From: Candidatus Bathyarchaeia archaeon
GTDB taxonomy: Archaea > Thermoproteota > Bathyarchaeia > Bathyarchaeales > Bathycorpusculaceae
DNA length: 64,000 nucleotides
Reading direction: 5' to 3'
NCBI GenBank assembly: GCA_038727135.1
Contig: JAVYWL010000001.1
Location: 288,001 to 352,000 of the forward strand
Below, piece after piece: positions 37,620 to 48,235 of the stretch. Within the stretch, counting starts at the first letter, position 1. Every line of letters starts with the position of its first letter. The notes beneath the pieces were generated by a model that saw only the letters and a list, made by a program, of their open reading frames with translations, did no database searches and was not told the DNA's origin. The translations under genes were made by a program, and so were the position numbers.

Positions 37620-38084
37620 TCACTCCACACTTGAAAGGCCAAGTAAATGGGAGAATATTGTGCTGAAAAGGAAGGAACATAAAAGATACCACCAGAACAA
37701 AGACGAAAACCAAAGCAATTTAGACCCGATTCCTGGGAAATATGCAATTTCGATTCCTCCATATGTCCATCCTAAAAAATACCAGACTATCATTAATGGG
37801 ATTAAGAATAGAAATGAAACTTTCATTGATTGCCAAGACATTTTTGCCTGAATCTGGAGTATGTACTGTTGTTTTTTAATTAGTTTCTCCATCTGCTTCT
37901 TATCCCCGCTTTTGCGAGCTTCTCGCAATTGTGCGTTCCACTCGGCGATTTCTTTTCTCCAAGCTTTCGTCTTTTCTGGGTCTGTTGTGAGACGATTAGC
38001 CAAAGTTAGAAGGAACGATATTACAGCGGCAAGCATTAAAATGAAAAGCGTTGACCAAGGAGGACTTGTCGGCAGAAAAGACAT
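37620..38084 (-). CDS. DUF106 / EMC3-TMCO1 (Oxa1 superfamily) membrane insertase
   Basis: TM, coiled coil, TM, WWYLLCSF; downstream of secY. Confidence 0.85.
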   Translation of the reverse strand: MSFLPTSPPWSTLFILMLAAVISFLLTLANRLTTDPEKTKAWRKEIAEWNAQLREARKSGDKKQMEKLIKKQQYILQIQAKMSWQSMKVSFLFLIPLMIVWYFLGWTYGGIEIAYFPGIGSKLLWFSSLFWWYLLCSFLFSTIFSHLLGLSSVE

Positions 38085-38091
38085 GTTCTTC

Positions 38092-39501
38092 TCACTCTCC
38101 AAATATTCTTCTGAAAGCTGGGTACATTTCTGCGGCTCTCTCCCGCACCAAAATTTCGTAATACTGATAAATTATGCCGACGGAAAGCAGAATTCCTATG
38201 CCGGAGCCGAAGACTCCGAAGAAGTCGGACAAGCCAGCGATCAACCCAACTATAATTCCGCCTAAAATGGTGACTGTTGGAATGTAGCGTTTAAGAATCT
38301 GCTCGACAGCCTTTCCCGAACGCCTATAACCCGGAATCTGCATACCAGCGTCCACAAGCTGCTTCGCTACCGTTGAAGGCCCCAAGCCGCCAACCTCAAG
38401 CCAAGTAAGCGAAAAAATCACACAGAAAACTATGAGAATTGCTAAATATCCAATAGCTCTTAAAGGCTCTTGCATCACATTGGTAAGGTTGCCCGGCGAA
38501 GTTACAAAGTAAACGAGACCACCTGCTGGGACATATTGTTCTCCTTCCAGCTTATACCATCCTAACAGTCGGATCCATGGGTTATTTCTGTCCCAATTCC
38601 AAAGTAAATAGGAGAAAAAGTAAATGTTGGCAAAGAGTGCTGAGGCAAAAATTACCGGAAGGTTCGAAACATATAATAGCTTTATTGGATAACGGCTTCT
38701 GAAGCCACGATAACCCGCGTAGGAAAGAGGAAGCTCCACCCTAACGCCTTCCATGTAAATTATTACAAGGAAAGCAGCTATGGTTGCTATTAAGCCTACT
38801 ATGGATGGAAAATTCCCCCTTAGTAACAGTCCAGTTACCGGTTGCCCACGCATTATTGTTTGTGCTAAAGCAACGAATATTCCGTTACTGCCATATACGT
38901 CAGCTGGAGTTGTGTCGAAACAGTGAAGGAATATTTGTTGGGCAACACCAGCCATTATGAAGAGGCTTATTCCGCTTCCAAAGCCCCAGCCTTTTTGAAT
39001 GAGCTCGTCCAAAAGTAAAACGATAAAACCGGCGGCTAAAAGTTGTAGAAATATGATTATGGCTGTTGTGCCCGGTAAGGTGCCGTACATCCCGCTTATT
39101 ATGTATGCTGATGCTTGCACACCTGTGAGAATTATTGCTAAAACTTTGCTTGCAGTCGTGAATAAGGCTCTGTCTTCAGGCTTTGACATGTCGCATTCTA
39201 TCATGGCGGAACCCACCAAAAGCTGTAGTATAAGACCGGCGGTAACTATTGGTCCTATGCCAAGTTCCATGAGGGTTCCCCTGTTCGATGCAAAAATTAT
39301 TCTCAGAGGTGCAAATCTCTCCTCTACAGTGCTGGGAATACCATATAGGCGACATGCGTTGCTGGCCATTATTAGGTATATTATGAGGGCTATGGCTGTC
39401 CAGAAGAGTTTCTCATTAAAGCTTACTCTGCGTTCCGGAGCCTTTACTTCTGGGATGAAGCGTGCAAGAGGTTTGAACATGTTTAGGAATCTTCCAGCCA
39501 T
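38092..39501 (-). CDS. secY: preprotein translocase subunit SecY
   Basis: LMELGIGPIVTAG, GSGISLFI, PIKLLYVSNLPVI, IPGYR. Confidence 0.97.
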   Translation of the reverse strand: MAGRFLNMFKPLARFIPEVKAPERRVSFNEKLFWTAIALIIYLIMASNACRLYGIPSTVEERFAPLRIIFASNRGTLMELGIGPIVTAGLILQLLVGSAMIECDMSKPEDRALFTTASKVLAIILTGVQASAYIISGMYGTLPGTTAIIIFLQLLAAGFIVLLLDELIQKGWGFGSGISLFIMAGVAQQIFLHCFDTTPADVYGSNGIFVALAQTIMRGQPVTGLLLRGNFPSIVGLIATIAAFLVIIYMEGVRVELPLSYAGYRGFRSRYPIKLLYVSNLPVIFASALFANIYFFSYLLWNWDRNNPWIRLLGWYKLEGEQYVPAGGLVYFVTSPGNLTNVMQEPLRAIGYLAILIVFCVIFSLTWLEVGGLGPSTVAKQLVDAGMQIPGYRRSGKAVEQILKRYIPTVTILGGIIVGLIAGLSDFFGVFGSGIGILLSVGIIYQYYEILVRERAAEMYPAFRRIFGE

Positions 39502-39511
39502 GGACTAACAG

Positions 39512-39949
39512 CTACTCCCTTTTTTGAGATTCCACTATAACTCGTCCTCCAGCCTCTTCTATTTTTTCAGTTGCGGACTTGGAGCAGGAGGCAATCTTAA
39601 CAACTAAGGGTTGTGTCACTTTTCCAACGCCGAGGAGCTTTGTATAGCCTAAACTTTCCAAGTCTAAGAGAATTTTGCCCTCTTCGGTTTTTCCTCCATA
39701 TTTTTCAGCTATTTCTTCAAGTTCTCCAACGTTTATGACTTTTTCTTCGCGTCTAAGACTTTTAGGCGACGTGAAGCCCTTTTTCCCGAAGTATTCTGGC
39801 TCGTATTTTATAACGTATGTCCAGCCGTGCTTGTGGCGTCCGGCTCTGCGGTAGCCCTTGGAGCCTGATTTTCTATGCTGTCCTACCCTTCCATAGCCGC
39901 ATGTTCTTGAACCGCGTTTTTTGCGGATTTTCCTAAGCTTATGGGGCAT
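39512..39949 (-). CDS. rpl15: 50S ribosomal protein L15
   Basis: RGSRTCGYG, YFGKKGF, KIEEAGG. Confidence 0.95.
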   Translation of the reverse strand: MPHKLRKIRKKRGSRTCGYGRVGQHRKSGSKGYRRAGRHKHGWTYVIKYEPEYFGKKGFTSPKSLRREEKVINVGELEEIAEKYGGKTEEGKILLDLESLGYTKLLGVGKVTQPLVVKIASCSKSATEKIEEAGGRVIVESQKRE

Positions 39950-39951
39950 TT

Positions 39952-40395
39952 TTAACCAGCAACCTTGTTTAGTGGCCTCTCTTCTGGAGCTTTCTTTAAC
40001 TGTATTTCGAGGACTCCATTCTTATATGTTATGCGGGCTGCTTCTGGAATCACAGCCTCTGGAAGATTTAAACTTTTATAAAATCTACGTCCTTGAGCCT
40101 TTGCGGTCAGGATTAGCCGCTGATTTTCAGCTTTAACTTTTATGTTCTCCTTTTTATAGCCTTTAAGCTCCGCAACAACAATTATCTTGTCTTTTTCCCT
40201 AAAGACGTCTACAAGCGGCTCTGGCTCCCTCCATTTTTTAACCTTGAAACTAAAAGTTTTCAAACCCTTATACTTATGAGAATGCTGCCTTGAAGTCTTC
40301 AAACTTTCAAGCTTGAAAACTCTATCTTCGACTTTTCCATGCCTTTTCACGGTTCTAAACCATTTTGGACGTTTCTCGCTTTTCCGCCATCTCAT
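39952..40395 (-). CDS. Hsp20/alpha-crystallin domain protein with very basic N-terminus
   Basis: EPLVDVF, VVAELKG, FYKSLNLP, YKNGVLEIQLKK. Confidence 0.88.
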   Translation of the reverse strand: MRWRKSEKRPKWFRTVKRHGKVEDRVFKLESLKTSRQHSHKYKGLKTFSFKVKKWREPEPLVDVFREKDKIIVVAELKGYKKENIKVKAENQRLILTAKAQGRRFYKSLNLPEAVIPEAARITYKNGVLEIQLKKAPEERPLNKVAG

Positions 40396-40473
40396 GCTGG
40401 TTTCTCCTTCCCCTTTAACACAAACGCATCTTCAAACAAGTTATAAAAGGTATCGCCACCACAAACGGAGCTG

Positions 40474-40962
40474 TTAAATCATTCTTTGCAAAAGCTCGTT
40501 TATTTTCTCGCCGCGGTATCCAAGTTCGCCGCCCATACCATAGCCCTTCTTTACCTTACCCTTAAAACCCTTCGTTGGTGGGTGCAGCCTAAAATATGGC
40601 TGAATGTTTGGAAGCTTCCAATACTCAACCTTACAATTGTATATTGCGTCTGCAAGCTCTTCTAAAGAGGCGTAGCCAAGCTTTTTGGCGTAGTCATCCG
40701 TCAACTTTTTGTTTCCAACAAGTCTACCCCTCTCCTTCAACAGCATTACTAATGTTTCTTTAGAGATTTCACCCCACGTGACAAAACTTTGGGCTGTTTT
40801 TAACATTCCAATAAAAGAAGGTCTGTTATCAACCAAGACCACATAGTTGTTCCTTTTTAAGTTCAGCATTTTTAGGGTTTCCCTAACTTGGAGTGGCGCG
40901 CTTATAATTCCGCGGACGCGTACGGCTGCTATGCATTTGCGGCTTTCAGTCTCTCCTGGCAA
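40474..40962 (-). CDS. rpl30: 50S ribosomal protein L30
   Basis: AVRVRG, TWGEI, FRLHPP, GELGYRG. Confidence 0.95.
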   Translation of the reverse strand: MPGETESRKCIAAVRVRGIISAPLQVRETLKMLNLKRNNYVVLVDNRPSFIGMLKTAQSFVTWGEISKETLVMLLKERGRLVGNKKLTDDYAKKLGYASLEELADAIYNCKVEYWKLPNIQPYFRLHPPTKGFKGKVKKGYGMGGELGYRGEKINELLQRMI

Positions 40963-40963
40963 G

Positions 40964-41599
40964 CTACCTCACCCAGTCCATTGGTGTTATTAGGCTGTAG
41001 GTCTTCTTCAAAGCGTCAAAAACCGCATATGCAAAGGATGGAACAGTTCTTGTTGAGCCGTAGCTTCTTGTCCAGCAGTCTTTTATTCCCGCAAGTCCGA
41101 GAATCACTTTTGCAACTTCGCTGGCAACCAAGCCCAAACCTCTCGGTCCGGGGATTATAACGACTCTTACGCCGCCACATTTGCCCTCAACCTGGAACGG
41201 GACAGAGTGAGGTTTCCCACATCCGCATTCCCAACTGCCGCATCCACGCCTTATTGGGACGAGATTTAGCCTAGCGTCGGCAGCCGCCTTCTCTATTGCC
41301 GTCCGCACTTGGCTTGCCTTCCCGGCCCCAAGCCCAATATAGCCATCCCGGTTCCCAACAGCAACTATCGCCTTAAACCTAGACTTTTCACCGGCGTCTG
41401 TTTGCTTCTGCACAAGATTTATGTTTATAACCTCTTCTTGAAGGTCTGGAAGCAAAGCATCAACAATCTGTGGCTCCCTTATGGGTAAGCCTTCCATAAA
41501 AACCTCTTCAATAGAGGTTATTTTACCCTCTTGAATCAGTTTTCCAAGACGGGTTTTAGGAACCCACTCCTCCAAACTTCTAGCCCTATCCACTGCCAT
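40964..41599 (-). CDS. rps5: 30S ribosomal protein S5
   Basis: [32 protein letters not shown]. Confidence 0.96.
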   Translation of the reverse strand: MAVDRARSLEEWVPKTRLGKLIQEGKITSIEEVFMEGLPIREPQIVDALLPDLQEEVININLVQKQTDAGEKSRFKAIVAVGNRDGYIGLGAGKASQVRTAIEKAAADARLNLVPIRRGCGSWECGCGKPHSVPFQVEGKCGGVRVVIIPGPRGLGLVASEVAKVILGLAGIKDCWTRSYGSTRTVPSFAYAVFDALKKTYSLITPMDWVR

Positions 41600-42203
41600 G
41601 GCTCTTACCTCCAATCTTAAAGGCGGCAATCACAGCCTTCTTAACATCGGCAAAATGTTCGGGAAGACTTTCAGGGAGAACCTTGTTCTTAAGGTATTCT
41701 GAGAACGCTGCCGTATACTTTTCAGTGTTTGCTGAAAGCATTTTTGCATACTGGGCTATGTGCACTCCTTGGATTCTGTTCTCGTCCGGCAGCTTCCCCT
41801 CCCCGTGTGGAACAATTAAACCGGCGTCCAAAACGCCTTTAAGGGCTGCAAAAACCCTTGCACCCTTCGTTGGGGAATGCAGCCCAATGTCTAAAACCGC
41901 CTCTTCTATGCCTTTTGCTTTGGCTTTCAACCCGCACAAAAGCCCCGTTAAATAGGCTGCTGGAAGATTACCCCTAGGAGCTTTCCAACCATAACTTTTT
42001 AGGAGCTCCCTACTGTGGGCTGAAACCAAAACTTCGTCACCGTGTGGTTTTGCGGCAACTATTTGAACAATAATGTTTTTGAGCGTACCGCGAACTACAA
42101 GCCTAGGCTTTTTGGAGAGAATTAAGGCTTTTCTTTTCCGATAATCCGTTTTGCCCTCTCTTCTTCTGCGGTATGGCACACTATAACGGGAGCTCTTCGC
42201 CAT
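41586..42203 (-). CDS. rpl18: 50S ribosomal protein L18
   Basis: [24 protein letters not shown]. Confidence 0.96.
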   Translation of the reverse strand: MAKSSRYSVPYRRRREGKTDYRKRKALILSKKPRLVVRGTLKNIIVQIVAAKPHGDEVLVSAHSRELLKSYGWKAPRGNLPAAYLTGLLCGLKAKAKGIEEAVLDIGLHSPTKGARVFAALKGVLDAGLIVPHGEGKLPDENRIQGVHIAQYAKMLSANTEKYTAAFSEYLKNKVLPESLPEHFADVKKAVIAAFKIGGKSHGSG

Positions 42204-42658
42204 CAGCGTTTCCTCCATAGGTCATGAGCCTTTAGGAACCTCTCCATGTCAGCAACGGACGCGAACCGCCCACTCTTAACCATTGTGTAAAGCTTTCGGT
42301 AGGTGCTTTCAGCGATTACCTTCTTAGCCTTTAACTCACGAAGCCTCTTCCTTAAGGCACGAACTTTATTCATCCAAGCCTCTTTTTTAGAAATTTTAGC
42401 TTTGGCTGCGCCGCTTCTGCTTCCCGGCCCCCGCCTCAAGCCCTTCTTCTTCTTTTGGTGGATAATTCTTGCCCTTGCCCTGCTGACACCCTTCTCCTTT
42501 AGAGGCTTAATCACGCCTTCGTGAATGAGCTTCCTAATTTCCTCACGAGTTATCGCGGCTTCAACATCATCAATCCTATTTGGGTCTATCCAAACCCTAT
42601 CTTCGCCAACCTTCAATATCTGAGCCGCGAGCCGCCTTTGGCTTTTAAGGCTTGTCAC
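42203..42658 (-). CDS. rpl19e: 50S ribosomal protein L19e
   Basis: [32 protein letters not shown]. Confidence 0.96.
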   Translation of the reverse strand: MTSLKSQRRLAAQILKVGEDRVWIDPNRIDDVEAAITREEIRKLIHEGVIKPLKEKGVSRARARIIHQKKKKGLRRGPGSRSGAAKAKISKKEAWMNKVRALRKRLRELKAKKVIAESTYRKLYTMVKSGRFASVADMERFLKAHDLWRKR

Positions 42659-43218
42659 TGCTTCTTCTCTCCTCCCTGGCTTTTCTTTACCCTCTTCTGC
42701 TTAGCCTTGGGCTTCGGCTTCTCTTCTTTAACGGGCTTTTCTTTTTCTTCTCCCGCCTCTTTTTCAGCTTTTTCCTCTTCTTCAGCTTCGACTTTCTCCG
42801 CTTCTTCCTCCTTCTCCTCCTCCCCAGCGCCCACATTTAAAATGGTTATTTTCTTCTTCCGTGCCTCTGCAAGAATTTGCATCCTGGTTCTTCTGCCAAC
42901 AGTGTGCGCAATACGCACAGCCTGAGTTTTAGGATTAACCCTCTTAAGCTCGTCAACATTATGCACTAAAACCTCTTCATAACCCGACGGGTGAAGCCCC
43001 CTAGCGGCTTTTGGTCCCCTATATCCAATGTTTACGGTTTGGGGCCATCCCTTAATTTTTCTCCGCATCTTATTGTCTATGCCTTTTGGTCTGCGCCAGT
43101 TCTCCTTTAGCCGGTCGTAACGCCAGCTTTCCTGCCGGACAAAGTCTGGCTTTTTCTTTTTTAGCTTAGCTCTTATCTTCAAGGCTTTTTCTACAACGGC
43201 CGTGTTCTGCTCTTTCAT
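42655..43218 (-). CDS. rpl32e: 50S ribosomal protein L32e with long charged C-terminal tail
   Basis: [27 protein letters not shown]. Confidence 0.95.
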   Translation of the reverse strand: MKEQNTAVVEKALKIRAKLKKKKPDFVRQESWRYDRLKENWRRPKGIDNKMRRKIKGWPQTVNIGYRGPKAARGLHPSGYEEVLVHNVDELKRVNPKTQAVRIAHTVGRRTRMQILAEARKKKITILNVGAGEEEKEEEAEKVEAEEEEKAEKEAGEEKEKPVKEEKPKPKAKQKRVKKSQGGEKKQ

Positions 43219-43763
43219 GCTTCCATTCCCTCGCTTTTCTCGTATAGGTATATGCCGTCCAAGAAGACGCGGGGGTCTTTCCTCCGCACTTTTGTGGCTT
43301 GCTCTATGTTTGCGGCTGTTTGGCTTACCTCTTCAACGTTTATCCCTTGAACAATTACGTCGTCGCCAGAAACCTTCACCGTCGCATTGCCAACAATTTT
43401 TGCTTTCCTCGGGTTTCTTTCACCAGTAAAGTTCTCGATTAACACCATTCCATCTTGAACTTTGACAGAGATCGGGAAATGAGAGAAAACTATTTTCAAC
43501 TTGTACGTGAAGCCTTTTCTAACTCCGGTAATCATGTTATTAATGTGAGCGTGAATTGTGCCAACTAGGGCGCTCTCTTTTTTCCGAGGCCAGTTAGCCC
43601 AAATACGAAGACTTTTGCCTTGAAGCTCCATTGAAACAGGCGCGTATGAAAAGTCTCTGGTTAAGGTTCCCTTTGCTCCTTTAACCGTCACTTTCTTGCC
43701 TTCTAGGGTCAATTCCACGTCGTCTGGAATTTGAACGACTTTTGAGACTTCAACCGCCCGCAT
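43215..43763 (-). CDS. rpl6: 50S ribosomal protein L6
   Basis: [24 protein letters not shown]. Confidence 0.96.
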   Translation of the reverse strand: MRAVEVSKVVQIPDDVELTLEGKKVTVKGAKGTLTRDFSYAPVSMELQGKSLRIWANWPRKKESALVGTIHAHINNMITGVRKGFTYKLKIVFSHFPISVKVQDGMVLIENFTGERNPRKAKIVGNATVKVSGDDVIVQGINVEEVSQTAANIEQATKVRRKDPRVFLDGIYLYEKSEGMEA

Positions 43764-43776
43764 CTGCCAAAACCTC

Positions 43777-44160
43777 CTAGTAAACGTAGGCTAAGAGTCT
43801 GCCTCCAATGCCCTTTTCTTTAGCTTCCTTGTGGGATAATACCCCTCTTGGAGTTGAGATTATTAGGAGCCCCACCTCTCTGGATGGCAGAAACTTCTTC
43901 TCCCAGTCTTCAATTTCATCAACTTTAACGGCGAAGCGCGGTCTTATGGCGCCGCACTTGTTTATCCTGCCTAATAGTTGGACTTTAAACTTTCCTGAGC
44001 GCCCATCATCTATAAATTCGAATTCGCCGATGTAGCCGTTTAACTGCATAACCCTCAAGACCTTGCCCAAAAGTTTAGAGGCTGGGCTAATCACACATTC
44101 GCGTTTGTTACGCATCTCGTTGTTCAGAATTGTTGTCAAGCCGTTTGACAGCACATCCAT
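43777..44160 (-). CDS. rps8: 30S ribosomal protein S8
   Basis: [28 protein letters not shown]. Confidence 0.96.
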   Translation of the reverse strand: MDVLSNGLTTILNNEMRNKRECVISPASKLLGKVLRVMQLNGYIGEFEFIDDGRSGKFKVQLLGRINKCGAIRPRFAVKVDEIEDWEKKFLPSREVGLLIISTPRGVLSHKEAKEKGIGGRLLAYVY

Positions 44161-44173
44161 TGCGCTTTCCTCA

Positions 44174-44338
44174 TCACTCATATTTTTGGAAACCAAGCTT
44201 TTTTGCTACTTCCCTAAAACAATGCCTACACAAATATAAATTATAACGCCGGATAATAGGCCCATAAGAACCGCATCTAACACATGGCCTAGCGCCCTTG
44301 CCGTATTTTCTTTCCTTTTTAGGTTTCTTTTTACCCAT
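44174..44338 (-). CDS. rps14: 30S ribosomal protein S14 (zinc-binding type); too short for the ORF track
   Basis: Translated by hand: [54 protein letters not shown]. Confidence 0.95.
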   Translation of the reverse strand: MGKKKPKKERKYGKGARPCVRCGSYGPIIRRYNLYLCRHCFREVAKKLGFQKYE

Positions 44339-44357
44339 AAAACTCCCTCTGCATAGC

Positions 44358-44897
44358 CTAGACTATTTCAACCCCCAAAGTGTCTTTAACAAAAACCATA
44401 GCCTCCTCCGGTGTTAAGACGTGGCTTGAACCTATTTTCGCTTGGCATCTACGCCTATTTTTAACACGCCACCCGGGTCGACTCAGTGAAACACAAACGT
44501 CCATGCCAAATATTCCAATTTCTGGGTCATATTTGACCCCTGGAATTTCTATGTGCTCCTTTATTCCAAAGGCGAAATTTCCAAAATTGTCAAAACAGCT
44601 TTTCGGAATTTTATAATCAACCACGTGTAAAACCCTTTTTAAGAATTCTATGGCTTTCTGCTTTCTAAGCGTGACGATGCAGGCCATCGGTTCACCTCTT
44701 CTTATTCCAAAATCCCTAATGGTTTTCTTCGCCTTCCTCTTGCACGGCGTCTGCCCAGTTAAATCCTTCAACACCTTTGCAGCTTTTTCAAGAGGCTCCC
44801 CGGACTTTCCAACACTTATGTTGACAACAACCTTGTCTATCCTTGGTTTAAGCATTGGATTTTCTTCCCATCTTTTTCTAATCTCGTCCTCAGACAT
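44358..44897 (-). CDS. rpl5: 50S ribosomal protein L5
   Basis: [34 protein letters not shown]. Confidence 0.96.
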   Translation of the reverse strand: MSEDEIRKRWEENPMLKPRIDKVVVNISVGKSGEPLEKAAKVLKDLTGQTPCKRKAKKTIRDFGIRRGEPMACIVTLRKQKAIEFLKRVLHVVDYKIPKSCFDNFGNFAFGIKEHIEIPGVKYDPEIGIFGMDVCVSLSRPGWRVKNRRRCQAKIGSSHVLTPEEAMVFVKDTLGVEIV

Positions 44898-44898
44898 T

Positions 44899-45657
44899 CT
44901 ATTGAGCCTCCGGCAAGGATATCAGCGGTTTTGTTTCACCTACTGCGAAAACGAACTCCATCACCGTCTGGTAGCGGTTGCCCTTCTCGTCTTCCACCGT
45001 CACTACGGCGTCCTTGCGTTTCTTGCCCTTAACTTTCTCAATTTCAATGATTCTGCCACATTTTCCCATGTTTTTGCCGCCGGTTATTATAACGTAAACG
45101 TTTTCCTTCATTTTGATGTGTTCGAGAATTTGCCTATCTGGAAGGCTAATCTTGACCGTGTCAAAAGTGTTGTAAACATCCTCTTGCGGGTTCTTTGGGT
45201 CGGCAACTTTAACAAGCACGTTTGAGCCGTCATGAAGGTTCAATTGTATATGCCCATTTTTCACGATGGTTTTATTCTCTATTCTGCAAAGCTTGAAGTT
45301 GGCTTCTTCCTTGCTAATGGGATGAAGGATTAAGCCCTTATGGGAAGGCAAAATGCGGAAATGCTTATCCAAATCTGGAAGCGAAACCACATCCATAAGT
45401 CCCGTCGGAAACTTGTCGTCGCGCCTCACTCTCCCGTCAACGTAAACCTTTCCCTGCGCAGCTATTATTTTTGCTTCTCTTCTTGTTTTTGCAACTCCCA
45501 AAATATCACGTAAAAGCAAGGTTATGGGCAAACAGCTTTCAAGAGAATGGGGGCCGGGGGTTGGCTTTACAACCCAGACAAACTCCTTTCTATGTATTGG
45601 CCAGATTTTCGGCGCTGGTTTACGTTTAAGGGTTGTTGAGCCGCCTTTTCTACCCAA
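44899..45657 (-). CDS. rps4e: 30S ribosomal protein S4e
   Basis: LKRKPAP, PGPHS, FPTGLMDVV, QLNLHDG. Confidence 0.96.
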   Translation of the reverse strand: MGRKGGSTTLKRKPAPKIWPIHRKEFVWVVKPTPGPHSLESCLPITLLLRDILGVAKTRREAKIIAAQGKVYVDGRVRRDDKFPTGLMDVVSLPDLDKHFRILPSHKGLILHPISKEEANFKLCRIENKTIVKNGHIQLNLHDGSNVLVKVADPKNPQEDVYNTFDTVKISLPDRQILEHIKMKENVYVIITGGKNMGKCGRIIEIEKVKGKKRKDAVVTVEDEKGNRYQTVMEFVFAVGETKPLISLPEAQ

Positions 45658-46234
45658 GTTCGGATTCCTCCGCTTTTTTGCGCCCTCTTACAGCCTTTTC
45701 CTTTGGCTTTTTCGCAGCTCTTTTTCTTCTCGTTGACTTTTTCTCTTTGACTGGTAGTTCTTCTACTGCTGGAGGCTTTTCCTCAACTGGTTTTTCTTCA
45801 ACAACCTTCATCACCACTTCTTCCTCTGGAGGTTTCTCCACGATTTTTTCCGCAACTTCTTTGGCTTTCTTCCGCCTTTCAAGAATCTTTTTTCGCCACT
45901 TGTCGTCAAGGTTGAGCTTTGTTATCATAACCTTTGATGGGTGTATTGGAACAAAAACTGTTGATCCGTCAACTTTCTCGCGGGTTAAGCCCTCGATGTA
46001 AATTTTAAACTTTTTCCTATCAACACGAGCAACTTTCCCCTCAAACCCTTTATGATCCCCTCTTAAAACGCGAACGGTGTCGCCGCTTCTCACTGGAAGA
46101 CTTCTAGTTCCATAGGATTTTCTTAGCTCCGGTGATAGGGGAGCCGAAAAATGCTTGTAGCGTATGTGGTCTGGAGCTTGGAAAAGCATTTTCCTTTGTT
46201 TTGAAGGTTTTGATGTTTTGGCTATTGCTTGCAT
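45650..46234 (-). CDS. rpl24: 50S ribosomal protein L24 with long charged C-terminal tail
   Basis: KPSKQRK, APLSPELR, GDTVRVLRGD, PIHPSKV. Confidence 0.95.
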   Translation of the reverse strand: MQAIAKTSKPSKQRKMLFQAPDHIRYKHFSAPLSPELRKSYGTRSLPVRSGDTVRVLRGDHKGFEGKVARVDRKKFKIYIEGLTREKVDGSTVFVPIHPSKVMITKLNLDDKWRKKILERRKKAKEVAEKIVEKPPEEEVVMKVVEEKPVEEKPPAVEELPVKEKKSTRRKRAAKKPKEKAVRGRKKAEESELG

Positions 46235-46249
46235 AACAATTTCACCATG

Positions 46250-46690
46250 CTATATTATGATGCTGGCGGCACTCGCTATTCTCGGCCACCTTTCAGCCGC
46301 CTCCTTTGCTACCGGTCCACGAATTTCAGAGCCTTTCATCTCGCCTTCTGGTGTTATTATCACTGCTGCATTATCCTCAAATTGAATCCAGACGCCGTCA
46401 GCCCTTCGGAAGGGCATCCTCTGCCTAACAATAACTGCTTGGAAGATTTTCTTCCGCATGTCAGGAGTGCCATGCTTAACCGAAACTGTTATGCGGTCGC
46501 CTACAGCGGCGGAAGGCACACGTCTAAGCCTACCCTTATAACCCATAACTTGTATTAGGCGAAGTTCGCGGGCTCCGGTGTTGTCTGCACATTTCAAGAT
46601 GGAGCCGGCTGGCAGCCCTCTAGAAATTTTTGGTCTTTGACCGATTACTCCTTTTGCAACTAAGCCTCTTGTTTTTGCCTTCGCTGCCAT
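46250..46690 (-). CDS. rpl14: 50S ribosomal protein L14
   Basis: [29 protein letters not shown]. Confidence 0.96.
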   Translation of the reverse strand: MAAKAKTRGLVAKGVIGQRPKISRGLPAGSILKCADNTGARELRLIQVMGYKGRLRRVPSAAVGDRITVSVKHGTPDMRKKIFQAVIVRQRMPFRRADGVWIQFEDNAAVIITPEGEMKGSEIRGPVAKEAAERWPRIASAASIII

Positions 46691-46691
46691 C

Positions 46692-47015
46692 TTATTTCGC
46701 CTCCTCTTTCTTTTCCACAACTACGAAGGAGACGGTTTTGCTTATTGGGCGACATTCAGCTATTACTACGCGGTCGCCCTCCTTCGCGTCTATACATGGC
46801 GGATTATGAGATGGAATGCGGCTGCGTCGCCTTTCATATCGCATGAACTTTGGAACATACTTCAGATAGTCGTGGCGAACTATGACGGTTTTATCCATTT
46901 TAGCGCTTACAACCACGCCTTCTAATATGCGGCCTCTTATTGGAAGACTCCCATGGAATGGGCAGTTTCTGTCATTGCAGGTTTTCTTGGGCTTTTTAAA
47001 GGCTAGCGCCATCAC
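46692..47015 (-). CDS. rps17: 30S ribosomal protein S17
   Basis: [24 protein letters not shown]. Confidence 0.96.
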   Translation of the reverse strand: MMALAFKKPKKTCNDRNCPFHGSLPIRGRILEGVVVSAKMDKTVIVRHDYLKYVPKFMRYERRRSRIPSHNPPCIDAKEGDRVVIAECRPISKTVSFVVVEKKEEAK

Positions 47016-47293
47016 CAGAGCCTCCTAACACGCTTTTTAAGACGGTCTTCAGGTCTTCCAACAAGAAGCTTCCCATCAATTTCAACAATGGTTCCATCGG
47101 GAAATTTGAAATGAAAAACCGAGGATTCCTTCACAACAACTTTTCTTTCTCCCTCATGGAGTAAGGTAAATGTGTTCCGAGTCTCGTCGATAACCTTGCC
47201 ACGTAATCCAACATAACCCCTGTGGGTGCTACGGGCAACCTTCGCCTCAGTCCCGATAAACTCGTAACGTATAATGTCTGGCGTCACCTTCAC
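47012..47293 (-). CDS. rnp1: ribonuclease P protein component 1 (aRpp29)
   Basis: EFIG, GKVIDETRNT, GRPEDRLKK. Confidence 0.92.
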   Translation of the reverse strand: MKVTPDIIRYEFIGTEAKVARSTHRGYVGLRGKVIDETRNTFTLLHEGERKVVVKESSVFHFKFPDGTIVEIDGKLLVGRPEDRLKKRVRRLW

Positions 47294-47529
47294 TTGCCTA
47301 TCCTCTCCCTGCCTCCCGCTTTTTTAACCTCCAGCTTCTGCTCGTTCTCTATGGTTAATATTCTTGCAATTGCCCTCCGCAACTCCTTTATTCTGGCAGG
47401 GTTTTCTACTGTGCCGCCAGCCTTAACCATAGTTTTTAGCCTAAGTAGTTCTGTTCTAAATTCGTTGAGCTTTTTGCGCCGCTCTTCTGGCGGCATTTCC
47501 CTTATTTCTTTAACCCTGATTATGGGCAT
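47290..47529 (-). CDS. rpl29: 50S ribosomal protein L29
   Basis: EIREM...ENPARIKELRRAIARILT. Confidence 0.93.
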   Translation of the reverse strand: MPIIRVKEIREMPPEERRKKLNEFRTELLRLKTMVKAGGTVENPARIKELRRAIARILTIENEQKLEVKKAGGRERIGK

Positions 47530-47530
47530 C

Positions 47531-48235
47531 TTATCTGGTTGCCTCCTCTTCCCCTTCTTCACCACCGGTCTTTTCGGTCCCTGCCGGGGCTTCTTCAGCA
47601 GCCTCTTCGACGGCTTCTTCGGGTTTCTCTTCTGCTGGCGGAGCCTCGACTATTTGGATTTTGTCCGGAAACTTGGCGTCTGGAGGCATTATCCTAACCT
47701 TGACGCCGTAAATGCCCGGCTTAAGTTGGACATGCACCTCAGCTTTGCGCATGTACTTTAAGGCTGGGTCCCCACACTTCGGCAAGTAGCCACTCCTAAA
47801 CTTTTCATATCTAGCTCGTTCGGTTCGCAGCTTCCCACTAATAATTATCTCCACCCCTAAGGCTCCAGCCTCCATAACTTGGTTTAAAGCCCAGAACCCT
47901 GCACGCCTAAAGTGTACACCCCTCTGCAAAGCTGAGGCTATACGCGTGGCAACAATGTATGGGTTCAGCTCGGGAACCTCAATTTCTGAAACTGAAATTT
48001 GCGGGTTGGAAACCTTGAATTTCTCCTCTAATATTTTTGCAAGTTCCCTTATGGTTTCGCCGCTTCTTCCTATCACAAGTCCGGGACGCATAGCATAAAT
48101 GACCACATGTGTTCCTAGGGGGGTTTCTGAAATGTTTACCCCGCCATAGCCAGCCTTTTCGAGCTTTTTCTGCAAAAACTCGTCGATTTCTGCCCTTTTC
48201 CTAGACTTTGAAATAAAATGTTTCACGACAGCCAT
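47531..48235 (-). CDS. rps3: 30S ribosomal protein S3
   Basis: AGYGG, RPGLVIGRSG, GVEIIISGKL, GIYGVKVRI. Confidence 0.96.
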   Translation of the reverse strand: MAVVKHFISKSRKRAEIDEFLQKKLEKAGYGGVNISETPLGTHVVIYAMRPGLVIGRSGETIRELAKILEEKFKVSNPQISVSEIEVPELNPYIVATRIASALQRGVHFRRAGFWALNQVMEAGALGVEIIISGKLRTERARYEKFRSGYLPKCGDPALKYMRKAEVHVQLKPGIYGVKVRIMPPDAKFPDKIQIVEAPPAEEKPEEAVEEAAEEAPAGTEKTGGEEGEEEATR

